Both the position numbers and the translations under genes were made by a program. Positions 112,040 to 124,000 of a stretch of DNA of 124,000 bases are shown here, piece after piece (the stretch's first letter is position 1; every line of letters starts with the position of its first letter). The DNA is taken from positions 26,184,001-26,308,000 of the forward strand of contig OX597823.1 in NCBI GenBank assembly GCA_951406725.2, read 5' to 3'. The notes beneath the pieces were generated by a model, which was given only the letters and a program-made list of their open reading frames with translations, had not been told where the DNA came from and ran no database searches. This DNA comes from Octopus vulgaris (lineage: Eukaryota).

Positions 112040-112612
112040 GTTCACTCCCAAATATTGTTATTATCAATAAAGAGGCAAAAGTGTGTTGCTTCATCAATGG
112101 TGCTTGTCCTTTTGATGCAAGGCTGTTAGAAAAAGAATGTGAGAACATAGAAAATACCAATATCTAAACACACTGCAAATAATTTAGAATTGCCTTAAAG
112201 TTATTGATATCCAAATTGTAATAGGAACTGTTGCTGAAAGTTTGAATGGTCAGATGAGGTTGTTGGATATCAAGATGAATTTCCTGACTCTACAGTAATC
112301 ATGTTTGTTTGGTACAGTGAGGACTGTCATAAAGGTGCTAGTTTTCTAATTTTCTAATGTTGTGGGATACAATTTGATACCTGATGATCCAAAACCAGCA
112401 GGAGAACAATGAAATAATGAGGGGATGAAATGATAATAATCATAAAAGTAATAGAACTGTTACAAAAGGTTTGTCTCCTTGGCATGACCAGAATAATCAG
112501 CAAAGTATTAGATAGCTGAAAAGAATGGATAATATGGTACCGTAGGCTGTAGGTAGCAAGCCCACTGCACATGCAAGACTCCGGGAGCTCCAACAAAACT
112601 TGTGATAAAAAG
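112040..112612 (+). mobile_element. Old R4/Dong-clade LINE 3' fragment(s)
   Basis: PNIVIINKEAKVC...; ELLQKVCLLGMTRIISKVL*; followed by (TAA)n at 112615-112678. Confidence 0.6.
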
Positions 112613-112613
112613 A

Positions 112614-112677
<64 letters not shown>

Positions 112678-112680
<3 letters not shown>

Positions 112681-113580
112681 GAGCTGGACAATATCTTGCA
112701 CAAAGAAATGAAAGACATCACTGCATATTTCAAGTGCCTCAAACTATTCTTGAAATCAAAACTCAACTCAAGGAACCTTGTGACTGCCATCAACATATGG
112801 GCTGTTGCTGTAGTCTACTATAGTGCACCCGTCCTGAGATGGACACAAATGGAGATTGACCAACTCGATCACATTACACGAAAGACAATGACAATGCATG
112901 GTGCCCTCCACCCTAAGGCAAATGTACACAGGCTCTGTATGAAGAGAGGTAAAGGTGGATGTGGGCTGAATAGCATACAGGAGTGAATCAACAGTGAAAG
113001 ACAAAACATGCCAAAATATTTGGTAAACAGCAAACAAGACCTGTTACAGTATGCTGCTGGTGCAGAAGGAATTAGCAAAAATGAACTTGAGAGTGCTCCT
113101 GAATTCCAATGAAGAACAGCCAATGAGAGAGAAGGAACTCTACTCCTATGGAATTACATGGTCAGTTCCACTGTGAAACCAACAAATTAAAAGACCAGGA
113201 AGCATGGAGGTAGCTCAACAAGGGTGACCTAAAAAAGAAGACTAAAAGCCTAATCATCACTGCCCAGGACCAGGCATTGAATACCAACACAGTGAAAAAG
113301 AATATACACCACACAAGTGCATCGGACCTCTGCAGAATGTGTGGGAAGAGGGTCGAAAGCCTGACTTACATTGTTAGTGCTTGTGAAAGTCTTGTGCAGA
113401 AAGAGTACAAGCTTAGACATGACAAGGTACCCCAAAACCTCCACTGGCTACTATGCCGTAAGTATGGATATGAGGTTACAGGTGCTTGGTACCAACATAC
113501 ACCAGAAAAGGTAATGGACGAAAAGAGGAAGGCAAAATTCCTCTGGGACTACCCACATAAATTCAATCAAGAATAAGAAC
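112678..113580 (+). mobile_element. R4/Dong-clade LINE fragment (RT thumb and CCHC knuckle)
   Basis: KSKLNSRNLVTAINIWAV...HPKANVHRL...GGCGL; AQDQALNT...CRMCGKRVESLTYIVSAC..L...YKLRHDKV; several stop codons. Confidence 0.85.
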
Positions 113581-113685
113581 GAACCCGAGTCAAATCACAA
113601 ATAATAATAATAACAACAACAACAACATCAATAATAATAATAATCGTAATAATAATGATAATAATAATAGCTGCTGAGTTGTAAT

Positions 113686-114830
113686 AGGATGCACCACCCA
113701 AAGGCAGACGTAGATCGCCTTTACCTTCCCAGAGCCCAAGGAGGTCAAGGCCTGATCCAATTTGAACTAGCTTACAAAACAACCACAATTGGACTGGCCA
113801 AATATCTCGAAATATATTGAATGACTGGATGCTAAAGCTCGTGGAAAATCACGAGAGACGAAAGAAGCTTCATTCTATTATAAAGGAAAGCAAAAAATTT
113901 GCTATTGATCTCGTGCAGGATACCCAAACAGAACAACCCGAGGGAAGTACGGCAATTATTGTTGCAAAGAAGGTGAAAATAATGGCAACGAAAAAAGCGC
114001 ACGAGCAATTGGCTGATAGGTGGGAGGAGAAACCTCTGCACGGCAAATATGTGACCCGCAGCAAACAAGCTGATGTTGACCAGAAGCAAACCCATCAGTG
114101 GCTACGGAGCTCAGGGCTAAAAGCAGAGAGTGAAGGTTTCATCCTGGCTGCTCAAGATCAAAGCCTATTAACCCGGAACTACCAGGCCAATGTGATGAAA
114201 AATGGAGCAGACCCAAAATGCCGATTCTGCAACGACATGATTGAAACAGTGGACCACCTAATCTCTGGATGTAAAGTCTTAGCTCCAGTGGAGTATAAAT
114301 TAAGACATGACAGAGTTGGCCAATATCTACACTGGCTAATAAGTCGGCATTACAATATCAAAACTGCTGACAAGTGGTATAATCACCACCCTGAGGCTGT
114401 AACTGAAGGAGAAAATGTAACCATTCTGTGGGACTTTCCAGTACATACAGACCGAACCATCAAGGCCAATAAACCAGATATTGTTGTGAAAGACCAAAAC
114501 AATAAAGTTTGCTTATTGATCGACATGAGCATCCCCTGTGATCATAATATCTCAGCGAAAGAGTTTGACAAGCTCAGAAAATATAAAGACCTACTCATTG
114601 AAATTGAGAAAATGTGGCATCTCAAGGCGGTTACAATACCAGTGATCGTAGGAGCACTAGGAATGATCAAGAAGGGAACCGAAAATTATATGAGAATGAT
114701 CCCTGGCTTACCATCCCTGCAAGAAGTGCAAAAGATTGTCTTAACTGGTACATCACACGTATTGAGAAGAGCATTGTCGATGTGAGAACTGTTGCTGCTC
114801 ATGTATTTTAATTTAACTTAAAAAAAAAAA
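113686..114830 (+). mobile_element. Young 5'-truncated R4/Dong-clade LINE (CCHC and restriction-like endonuclease)
   Basis: 322-aa open frame with CRFC...H...C zinc knuckle, RHD, and KPDI...LID..IP...K..KY (PD-(D/E)xK REL) motifs. An upstream part, HHPKADVDRLYLPR..GG.GL, is joined by a frameshift near 113815. Confidence 0.9.
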
Positions 114831-114974
114831 TAAATAAAAAATAAAAAAAATGAACAAACTATTGAGTTTGGTTTAATGGCCTACCAATGTATACTATGAG
114901 TTTCTTTGCCCTAGGAGTCGGGAAGACACTCGGCAAGAAATGGAAGCAAATTTGAAAGAAGAAAAAAAAAAGTA

Positions 114975-115009
<35 letters not shown>

Positions 115010-115034
115010 AGCTCAGATATCAGGAAACCCCAAA

Positions 115035-115295
115035 ATGGCAAAAATTCAAAAGATAGTGCTCATGGGAACTGCCCATATCCTACGTAAAATACTGTCTATG
115101 TAATTTCAGATTTCAAAACAAACATAATTTTCTTATGGATTCTTGGACATTCTCTAGAACAACACTATGTACAAAACCAAATATATGACACCCTAGGCAT
115201 AACACTAACATGAACTTCTAACTTGTCTCTTGAGGTCTCTGGGTGAGACTTAGAGCCAACTTGTACAAATACAAAGCAAAAGTCAAACATAAAAT
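115035..115295 (+). mobile_element. R4/Dong 3' terminal fragment
   Basis: IQKIVLMGTAHILRKILSM* plus 3' UTR; flanked by (TAA)n on both sides. Confidence 0.75.
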
Positions 115296-115308
115296 AATAA
115301 TAATGATA

Positions 115309-115387
<79 letters not shown>

Positions 115388-115601
115388 TAATAATAATAAT
115401 AATGGTTTCAAATTTTGGCTCAAGGCCAGTGGTTTTGAGCAAGAAGAATAGTAAAATACATCAACCCAGTTATCAATTGGTATTTATTTTATCAACCCCA
115501 GGAGGATGAAAAACAAGGTCAACCTTGGCAGAATTTGAACTCAGAATGTTAAGTCAGAAGAAATACTGTTAAACATTTTGTTTAGCATGCTAATGATTCA
115601 T

Positions 115602-115828
115602 ATTTCTTTATCGGCCACAAGGGGCTAAACATAGAGGGGACAAAGACAGACAAAGGGATGAAGTCAATTACATTGACCCTAGTGCAGAACTGGTACTTAA
115701 TTTATCGAACACCAAAAGGATGAAAGGCAAAGTTGACCTCGGCAGAACTTAAACTCAGAACATAAAGACAGACGAAATACTGCTAAGTATTTTGCTCAGC
115801 GTGCTAATGATTCTGCCATCTCACCGCC
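115602..115828 (-). mobile_element. Second tRNA-derived SINE family (S2)
   Basis: Head ggcggtgag.tggcagaatcattagcacgc..., B-box-like gagtttaagttctgcc, body tttgcctttcatcctt. Other copies at ~116463-116676, 93745-93860, 84695-84810, 78850-79010 and 26610-26830. Confidence 0.8.
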
Positions 115829-115884
115829 TTTTCCAGCTCACCGCCTGGATTCTGCTAGTGATCTAAGTGCAGACATGACTGTGT

Positions 115885-116396
115885 AGGCAAACAATTGCAT
115901 TAGGATGTTAGATGAGTGTGTGACTTCAAAACAATAGAAAAGTGGTGTGAACATGAAACAAAAGCTATGATAGAAAATGAGAATTACATAATCTTGTGGG
116001 ACTTCACCATACGTTTGAGGCAAGAAGACCAAACATGATTATAGAGGACAAAATAAACAGTGTAAGATCATAGTGTAATTTCCTATGATAGCAGGGTCAA
116101 TACCAAAGAAAATAAAGAAATTGAGAAATATCGGGATTTTGTCAGAGAGCTTGAGGAGACTATGGAAGACCAAGACAACAATTATTTCTGTAGTAATCAG
116201 TGCACTTGGCACAACACCCAAAATGTTGCCTAAAAAAACTGAAGAAAATTGGAATTGAAACTTGTATTGTTGGCCTGCAGAGAACTACTGTCCTATATTC
116301 TGCAAGAATCCTAAGAAATATTCCTGAGATTTGAGGAGACTTGTCACCAAACCTCAAGATAAAATAACTGCTAACTAAATTAGCATATCCTAGCGA

Positions 116397-116397
<1 letters not shown>
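115885..116397 (+). mobile_element. Degraded R4/Dong endonuclease fragment
   Basis: IILWDF...EKYRD...ISALG...LQRTTVLYSARILR; (TAA)n at 116398-116462. Confidence 0.7.
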
Positions 116398-116462
<65 letters not shown>

Positions 116463-116729
116463 CCTTTCTACTATAAGCACAAAGGCAGCAATTTTGGGGA
116501 AGGGGGTTAAGTCAATTATATCAACCCCAGTATGCAACTGGTACTTAATTTATCGACCCTGAAAGGATGAAAGGCAAAGTCAATCTCGGTTGAATTTGAG
116601 CTCAGAACGTAGCAGCAGATGAAATACAGCTAAGCATTTCACCCAACGTGCTAATGATACTGCCAGCTTACTGCCTAATTATGGAGAGTTAAAGAGAAAA
116701 GAGAGTTGAAGAGAAAAGAAAGTCTACTG

Positions 116730-117740
116730 GAAAGGAGAAACCATGGTCAATTTGAAAGAAATTCATAGGATATCAAGGATAAAACAGCACCATGGATTTA
116801 GCAAGGTGGTTTGAAGTGTACCCCTGAAAGCTTGAAAATTGTAGCTCAAGACCAAACTTTTGCTACCAATTAGGTGAAGTGAAGCATCTACAAAACCTCT
116901 GACACCCAGAAATGCAGACTCTATGTAAAGAATGTGGAAAATGTAAGCCACTTGATAAGTGGATATGAGAGCTGTGGTGTATGCGAGAGATTAGAAATAA
117001 AGGCACCTACCTTCTCTTCACTCAGATGGAGACCCTTCAGCGGTAACGGATCCTTCAACACAGCCCGACCCGAACGCTAGAAATAGCAGCTGCTTCTCCC
117101 AACATTAACAACTGGGTGACCGGCCTCGAAAAAGGCAGAATCCTGCCCTCACTGCGCGCATGTCACTGCTGCCCCTTCCGGTCAGCCCCAAGTTCCAATC
117201 AGCTCCCCAGCTGCTGACGACATCCCACAAGAGCCTTGCAAAAAAGGAATGCAAATACTGCCATGAAAAAGTCTGTTTGTATCTTCTTTGGCTTTTATAT
117301 CAAAAACACCAATATAAAGTAATAGAGAATTGGTATCAGTATGTGCCTTGTAAAGTAAGGCAGGAGGATGAGAAAGCAACGATATTCTGGGATTATGATT
117401 TTCTGACTGAGAGAGTAATGGAGCATTGCTGACCGGGCATTATCATATTGGACAAGAAAGACAAATACTGTCAAATCATTGATGTAGCCATATGAAATGA
117501 CAAGAATATTGCAAGTAAAGAGGTTGAATTGGAAGTGGAGATGGCAAGACTGTTTGAAACGTGAGGGGATAATGTAAATGTGATACCAGTTGTGATCAGG
117601 GCATTAGGGTCAATCCCATTGAAACTTCAGAATATCTTTAAAGTGGTTTGGAATACATTGCAACAATGGTGTCATACAACAGTCAGCCTTGTTAGGGTAC
117701 TGCACACATTTTAAGGGAAGTATTATCTGTCTAAGGTCCG
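116730..117740 (+). mobile_element. Degraded R4/Dong fragment interrupted by a solo LTR
   Basis: AQDQT...KCRL...HLISGYES|LAKKECKYCHEKV...IFWDYDF...IIDVA. Confidence 0.7.
116973..117229. mobile_element. 257-bp solo LTR
   Basis: Begins TGTGG and ends CCACA, with a perfect 5-bp TSD AGAGC (116968-72, 117230-34). Removing it restores the host frame GYESLAKKEC. Confidence 0.8.
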
Positions 117741-117824
117741 TGCTTCATTGCATGAAAAAATGGTGGTGGTGGTGGTGGTGGTGGTGAGGTGGCAAAGAAG
117801 AAGAAGAAGAAGAAGAAATGGAGA

Positions 117825-118530
117825 GAAAAACCATGGTCAATACTTGAGAAGGCTTGACAGGGGAGTAAGCCCAAAGTGAAAGTCAACAATGGCACAAAAG
117901 CTTCAGACTAAAAGTGGAAGCAGAACTGCTGATTCTCACTGCAAAAGACCAATGCCAGACCACAAACAGTTATAAAAACAAAATAATCGTAAAAGGAACC
118001 TAACAGCAAATGCAGAATGTTCAACCATCACAATGGCTGACCATATCAATCTGAGTAAACATATTGACATACAGACACACAGACTGGGCAATTTGTCTTT
118101 ACTTCAATACAGAAACAGACAAGAAGTGGTATAAACATGTAGCAAACATAATGCATGACAAAGAGCTGGTTACAGTCATCTGGGATATACCTGTCCAAAC
118201 TAACAAAGACATCAAGGAAAACTGTTCACACATAATAATGAAGAGGTTGAAAAAAAAAAACTGGTTCACACTGATAGACATTGCAGTCTCTTCAGAGAAA
118301 AATGTTACTTGAAAAGAAATCCAGGAAAACCTGTCAAAATACAAGGATCTTGAAATTAAAATATTCAAGTTGGAGAGACGATGGTGAAAAATAAATGAAG
118401 CATTAAGTATAATAAAAAAAAATATGAACTAATTCATTGAATTCATACCTGAGCTCACAGCTCTACACATTTATCCAAAAAATAACTCTGCTATGAACAG
118501 CTCACATTCTGCACAAAACATTATCAATTC
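117825..118530 (+). mobile_element. Old R4/Dong fragment
   Basis: HGQY..., LILTAKDQ, KWYKH, VIWDIPVQTNKDIK, LIDIAV, KYKDLEI motifs. Confidence 0.65.
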
Positions 118531-120720
118531 AATAACACAGTTCATATAGAACAATCTTCACACACAACATACAATAAACAGCTAATAAAGTAAACCACCT
118601 GATTCACATTACACATGCCACACACAACAGAATAGATATTAATATGACACAAGAAACAACAAATTGAAATCTATAACAAAATAAACTGATGTAGTGCATT
118701 AACAGGAGAAGCAAAAAGCTGTTTGTTGTTTGATAGACAAAAAGATTATTATCTTGTTCTGAAACATGTAAGTGTTGGTGACAGAAAGGGTATCTAGCCA
118801 TTGAAAATCTTCCTCAACGAACTATTCCACCTGACACATGCAAGCATTGAAAAGTGGATGATAATGGCGATGATGATGGTAATGATGTGTGTTTGTGAGC
118901 TGTGTGTAAGCATTTTAACCCTTTCATTACCAACCCGGCTGAAACCGGCTCTGGCTCTGAGTTCAAATGTCTTGTTTTCATAAGCTTTGAATTAAAATCT
119001 TCCACCAAACCTAAGTCAAAATTTATGTTCCTAACACTAGATTAATGATAACTAAGTTATCTTACTAAATTCTTTGTTAATTTAAAGTAATTGAAAGAAA
119101 CACTGAACATCTCAAAATAAATACAGTAATGAAAGGGTTAAGAGTGAAACTGGCAGATAAGGAGGCGAAACTGGTAGATGACGAAAAGGCAGCTAGACTG
119201 AAGGAGATATTTGGAAGTAGAATGGAAAATACACAATTATGGTTCAAATACGACGAATTAACACCTGTGGTAAGTTTTGAAGATCTTATAGGTTTTTTGA
119301 TATAAAAAAGAAAAGATACTAACTGAATTGTAAAAACAGTAAAATGGAAGTTTCTACTTTGTTGGGTAGAAAGCCATTTCATTGTCATAATTCTTCATAC
119401 CTCATAACTCATTTGTTAATTATTATATGTACCCCACGTTTGTGTTGTCTGTCCATGTAGTGTCCCTTCTATATATAAGGCTTCATGCCTTTAATAAAGA
119501 AATATGTGTATAAGCACTTGTGTGTATGTGTGTGTGCGTGTGCATGTGTGTGGAAGTGCGTGCATGCACACGCACGTGCTTGTGTGTGTGTAGGTGAAAA
119601 GTTGTTGACTTAAGTGTTCATTATTTGTAGTTTCATAGGTATGTGAAATACATGTTCAATCATCTAATCATTCAGATGTCCATCATAAAACTTAGGGCAG
119701 ACATTTAACAATTAAACATATATGAACTTCCAAGTACTGAACACTTTATTTGAAAACTATTCTTCTATGAATATAAAATTCCACTTCATGCACTGCATTC
119801 TCATTTCTGTTGTCTGGACATTTAAATGTATAAAATGTAAGTGTTGTAAGGACATGAGTAGCAGAGTAGGTCATGTATTAGACAATCTAGTAAGAGGTGC
119901 GTGGTATCCTGTCACATATACAGCATTATAAAGTCAATGACCAAGATGCTTAACTCTGAATAGGATCAGTCCATGTAGCTGAAATTAGGAGGCTTGTAGC
120001 AACTTGTTATTCATATAAAAAGCACAAGTCATCACATGTGAGTGAGTGTGGTGTGGTAACACCTATCATGCTGTCATTGATTGTTTCAGATGTCTGTAAA
120101 AATCATAGGGACCCCTTACTTTTGATCCTACAGAACATCTAAGATGTGACAAGTGGAAAGACATGGGGCTGCACCAACCCCTGGCTGGTATTCTTTATAG
120201 TTGAATGAATTGGAGCATTATGAAATGAAAGGTTTTGCTTAAGAACACAATGCAGTGCTTATTCCAGGAATTGAAATCATGACTTTATGGACATGAGCTG
120301 AATACTGAAACCACTGAAAGGCATTCTAGCCATGACCATACCATTTTTGTTAATGATATTCTGTTATTTTATTATTTTATCCTTTCATTCTTTTAGTCAG
120401 TTAACTGTGGCCATGCTGAAGCACCACCTTGAAGGATGTTAGTCAAACAAATTGAGCCCAGGACTTATTTTTTAAGCCTAGTACTTATTCCATCAGTCTC
120501 TTTTGCCAAACCGCTAATGTACGGAGACCTAAACACACCAGTACCAGTTGTCAAGTGATGATGGGGTGGGGAGGCAAACACAGACACAAAGACACACACA
120601 CACAGCTATGTATGTATGTATGTATGTATGTATGTATGTATGTATGTATGTATGTATGTATATATATATACACACATACATACACACATACATACATACA
120701 TACATACATACATACATACA

Positions 120721-120751
<31 letters not shown>

Positions 120752-123700
120752 GTATGTGTGTGTGTGTGTGTGTGTGTGTGACAAGCTTCTTTCAGTTTCT
120801 GTCTACCAAATCCATTCACAAGACTTTGGTCAATCTGAGGCTACAGTAGAAGACGCCTGCCCAATGTACCATGCAGTGGGATTGAACATGGAACCATGTG
120901 GTTGGGAAGCAAGCTTCTTACCACACAGCTACACCTGTGCCTATGCGCAGCCACGCCTGCACCTATCTGGGTATAATGACTTATTCCTCTTCTTTTAAGA
121001 GAGTAGCTTGAAATTTGAATGAATTTCTGCTGTTATTTCTAGTAGACAGAGCACCCTTGTTCGTTTGTAAACTCAAACCTAATCATTGTAGTCGAATGAG
121101 AGAATTTATGCTGCAAAGATAACAGCTTCAATCACTCAGTGCAATCTACAAATCCTTTGTTCCAATTATACTGTGCCTCCATTTCATTGAATATTTTGAC
121201 ATGCAGTAGTTCTATAGACCAAACTGATTCAACATCTAATTTATGCTTTCAGTTAAATTTCTCCTTCCATATATTAAATGTTACAACTCAATGAACCACA
121301 GAAGCAATTGTGAAGCGTTACAAACAAACCTTCTTTTAGATTATGATTAAAATTTATTTACAGCCTTTCAACATTTCTTCTCTGATGAAGGACCCTGCTG
121401 GAAACATTAGAATGCTCCTCTCCTCATAACACACACACACACATATATATATATACATGGCAGTATAGCTTCTTCTGATGATAATTTCCCTACAAACTTC
121501 AATGTACAGAGCTTCAACTCCAACCACATCAATTTAATCAGTATAAGAGGAATTGCAAAGGTCAGGGCTGCCATTTCACTTCCTTCAGTTAATAAAGATA
121601 AAAAGGGGTCAGCTTTTTTACAAAAGAAAACTGAGAAGGGATTCAACAATCAGTTGTTATCTGTAAGACAGTGAACTGGTAGAGGTTTCAGAGCATTTGA
121701 TAGAATACCTTGTGGTGTTTGTCCAGCTCTGTAATCTGAATTCAAATCCTGTCAAGATCAACTTTATCTTTTATCCTTTCAAGATCAATAAAAATGTATC
121801 AATCCTTGATAATGAATTGACAATACTGTATGAATATCAGACTGAATGCCTGGTGGTATTTGTTGCACTTCTTTGCATTCTGAGTTCAAATCCCTCCATA
121901 GCCTTCTTAGGTGGTTGGCTTAATCCACCACCTAGTCTAACTCCACCACCTGACACATTTGTCTGCTGTGTTGCATGCATTCAGACGTGGATAATGAATT
122001 GTGTTGGGTATATTTTCTGAAAATAAAACGAGATGGTCATGGCTGGAAAGCTTTGATTACAGACTTGCATGTTCAGAGTTGATCTGAGGCTATACAAGAA
122101 CAATAACTTCATATAAAATAAGGACCCGTAATATAGGTACAAGGCAACCACAAATTTCGGGACTTGCCACATTTGATAATATTGATCGCCAGATCTTAAA
122201 AGCTACATATTTTATTAACTCTGGGGAGATGAAAGGTACAGTCACTTTCATGAGATTTGTTTTCAGAACCTAGAAAGAACATAACTAAATGTCAGAAAGT
122301 ATTTGATCTGGCATTCTACCAATTTTATCAATCTAGCCCCTCTGTTTACCAATTTTCTCATTCTATCACCTTTGCCCACCCCTTCCACTCAACCAATTCT
122401 TCATACTCCACCCACCTTTGTCTACCATTCTACCAATTATATTGTTCTCTATTCTTTGTCTACAACTCTACCAAATCTTTTTCCTTGCTCTACCAGTCTA
122501 CCAATACATGCCTGTCTCTCACTTTTCAAGTCAGATATGGGTACAGTGTGGTTCAGAAATTCATATCAGAACTCCATGGTTCTGAGTTCAGTCTCACTGA
122601 ATGCCATCATGAGCAAATGTCTTCTTACACAGCCTGAGATGCTGACATATTTGAACAAACTAGATTAATTGAAATAGTGATGGTAAAATAACAAATAGCA
122701 ATAACTGTAATTTGGAAATTTACTCTTTTGTTGCTAAATTTCTAGAGAATAGACTACCTAATGCTTCAATTAACTCTTAATATAATCAGATTTTGGAAGG
122801 CATCTAGTAAACTACATTTAGCTACATCTTTCTCTTTCAATGACCCTTCTTAATTCTGGGCTGTAAGCTCTTCCTCTCTCAGATCTTGTTGGTTTTGATT
122901 TGTCATCAATGCTTCTATAATTTTGTTCTTTTCTAGATAGGAGTCTTGGCCCTGTACAAATCCATACTGACCTCTGGGAAGAAGTAATCCATATTAACCT
123001 GACCATTATTCTTTAATCTATCCAGCATTGGAGGCCCTACCAGGAGATTGCACTCCGCTGGCAGAGCTCCCAGGATCATTGAGGCATACAAGCTACCACA
123101 TCACAGCAAGGACTGGACTTTGTGGTGGATGGAAATAACTTCATATAATATCATACTGATACTGACCGACTTAAATGTCATAACATGATTCACATTACAA
123201 TGAGAGTTTGATCTAGATTTTATAATTTTTACATGAACACATTAATAGAAGCAGTCTAAGATGGGTTGGTATTAAAAGCATTAAGAAGTGAAGAAGTGTT
123301 GTTATTGTTATTTAGCACTAAGTTGGCCCTGATTGAGAAAGCATTCAAGTAATAATCATTTTGTCTTATTTACAGAAATAAAGGTGTCTGATTTAGGCAC
123401 AAGGCCAATAATCTTCAGAGGAGAAGTTAGTGACTATAAAGGACCTTAGTTTATGACTGATACTTTATTTTATTGACTGCAAAGCATGAAAAGCAAAGAT
123501 GAATCCAGCAGGATTTGAACTCAGAACATAAAAAATCTGAAGAATATCAAAAAGCATTTCTTCCAACACTCTTATGACTCTGCCAGCTCATCACCTTATT
123601 TTCAGGAATTATTTACACAGGAATGTAAAAGCACGTGGCTTAATAGTTAAGTTGTTGGGCTCATGACTATAAAGCTGTGACTTTAATCCCCAGACTGGCC

Positions 123701-124000
123701 ACACATTATGTTCTTGGGCAAGGCACTTAATTTCATGTGGCTCCCAGCTGAAAATGAATTCTACTGAGTGCTGCCTAGCAGACTAGCCTCAAATCTTGCA
123801 AATATAAACTGTCAATGACACAAGATTACAGATGATAAGGTATTTAAGGTGTCATTATCCAAAGTGTCCTTCTTTAAGATAGCAAGGTGTGCTTTGAGGA
123901 AGATTTGTCTGATGTTTCTAGCAGTCAAGTGACCGTGTAGAGGCTCCCTTAATGACTCCTTTAAGAAGTGTGATGCGACAAGATAGTGTGACATGGGTGT

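Noticed and set aside
113817-114785. Domesticated host gene
   Set aside because: It is 5'-truncated, frameshifted just upstream, lacks the RT core, and sits among decayed relatives. A recent LINE insertion is the simpler explanation.

Overview
Eukaryotic, AT-rich, extremely repeat-dense genomic DNA, most likely from an octopus or other coleoid cephalopod. This is an inference from the tRNA-headed SINE families, RTE/CR1/R4-Dong LINE relics and abundant (TA)n, (CA)n and (TAA)n microsatellites. Only one intact host gene is supported: a single-coding-exon C2H2 zinc-finger gene (70131-72203, +) resembling ZNF800. It is probably transcribed from a CpG-retaining promoter near 12.2 kb across a ~58-kb 5'-UTR intron. 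Almost all other short ORFs in the track are microsatellite or TE artefacts. The most unusual signal is a short repeat that joins a tRNA(Arg)-like Pol III head to a minimal type I hammerhead ribozyme core of the Penelope kind. It occurs as an inverted pair inside a 14-bp direct repeat (22141-23155). A third, internally deleted copy sits 30 nt after the stop codon of a Penelope GIY-YIG ORF (37.8-38.5 kb). Other notable features are a nest of ~7 same-strand R4/Dong fragments in (TAA)n arrays (112-118.5 kb), a solo LTR with a perfect 5-bp TSD, a CR1 LINE and SINE sharing a 3' tail, and many long fold-back palindromes. Repeat boundaries were read by eye and are approximate.
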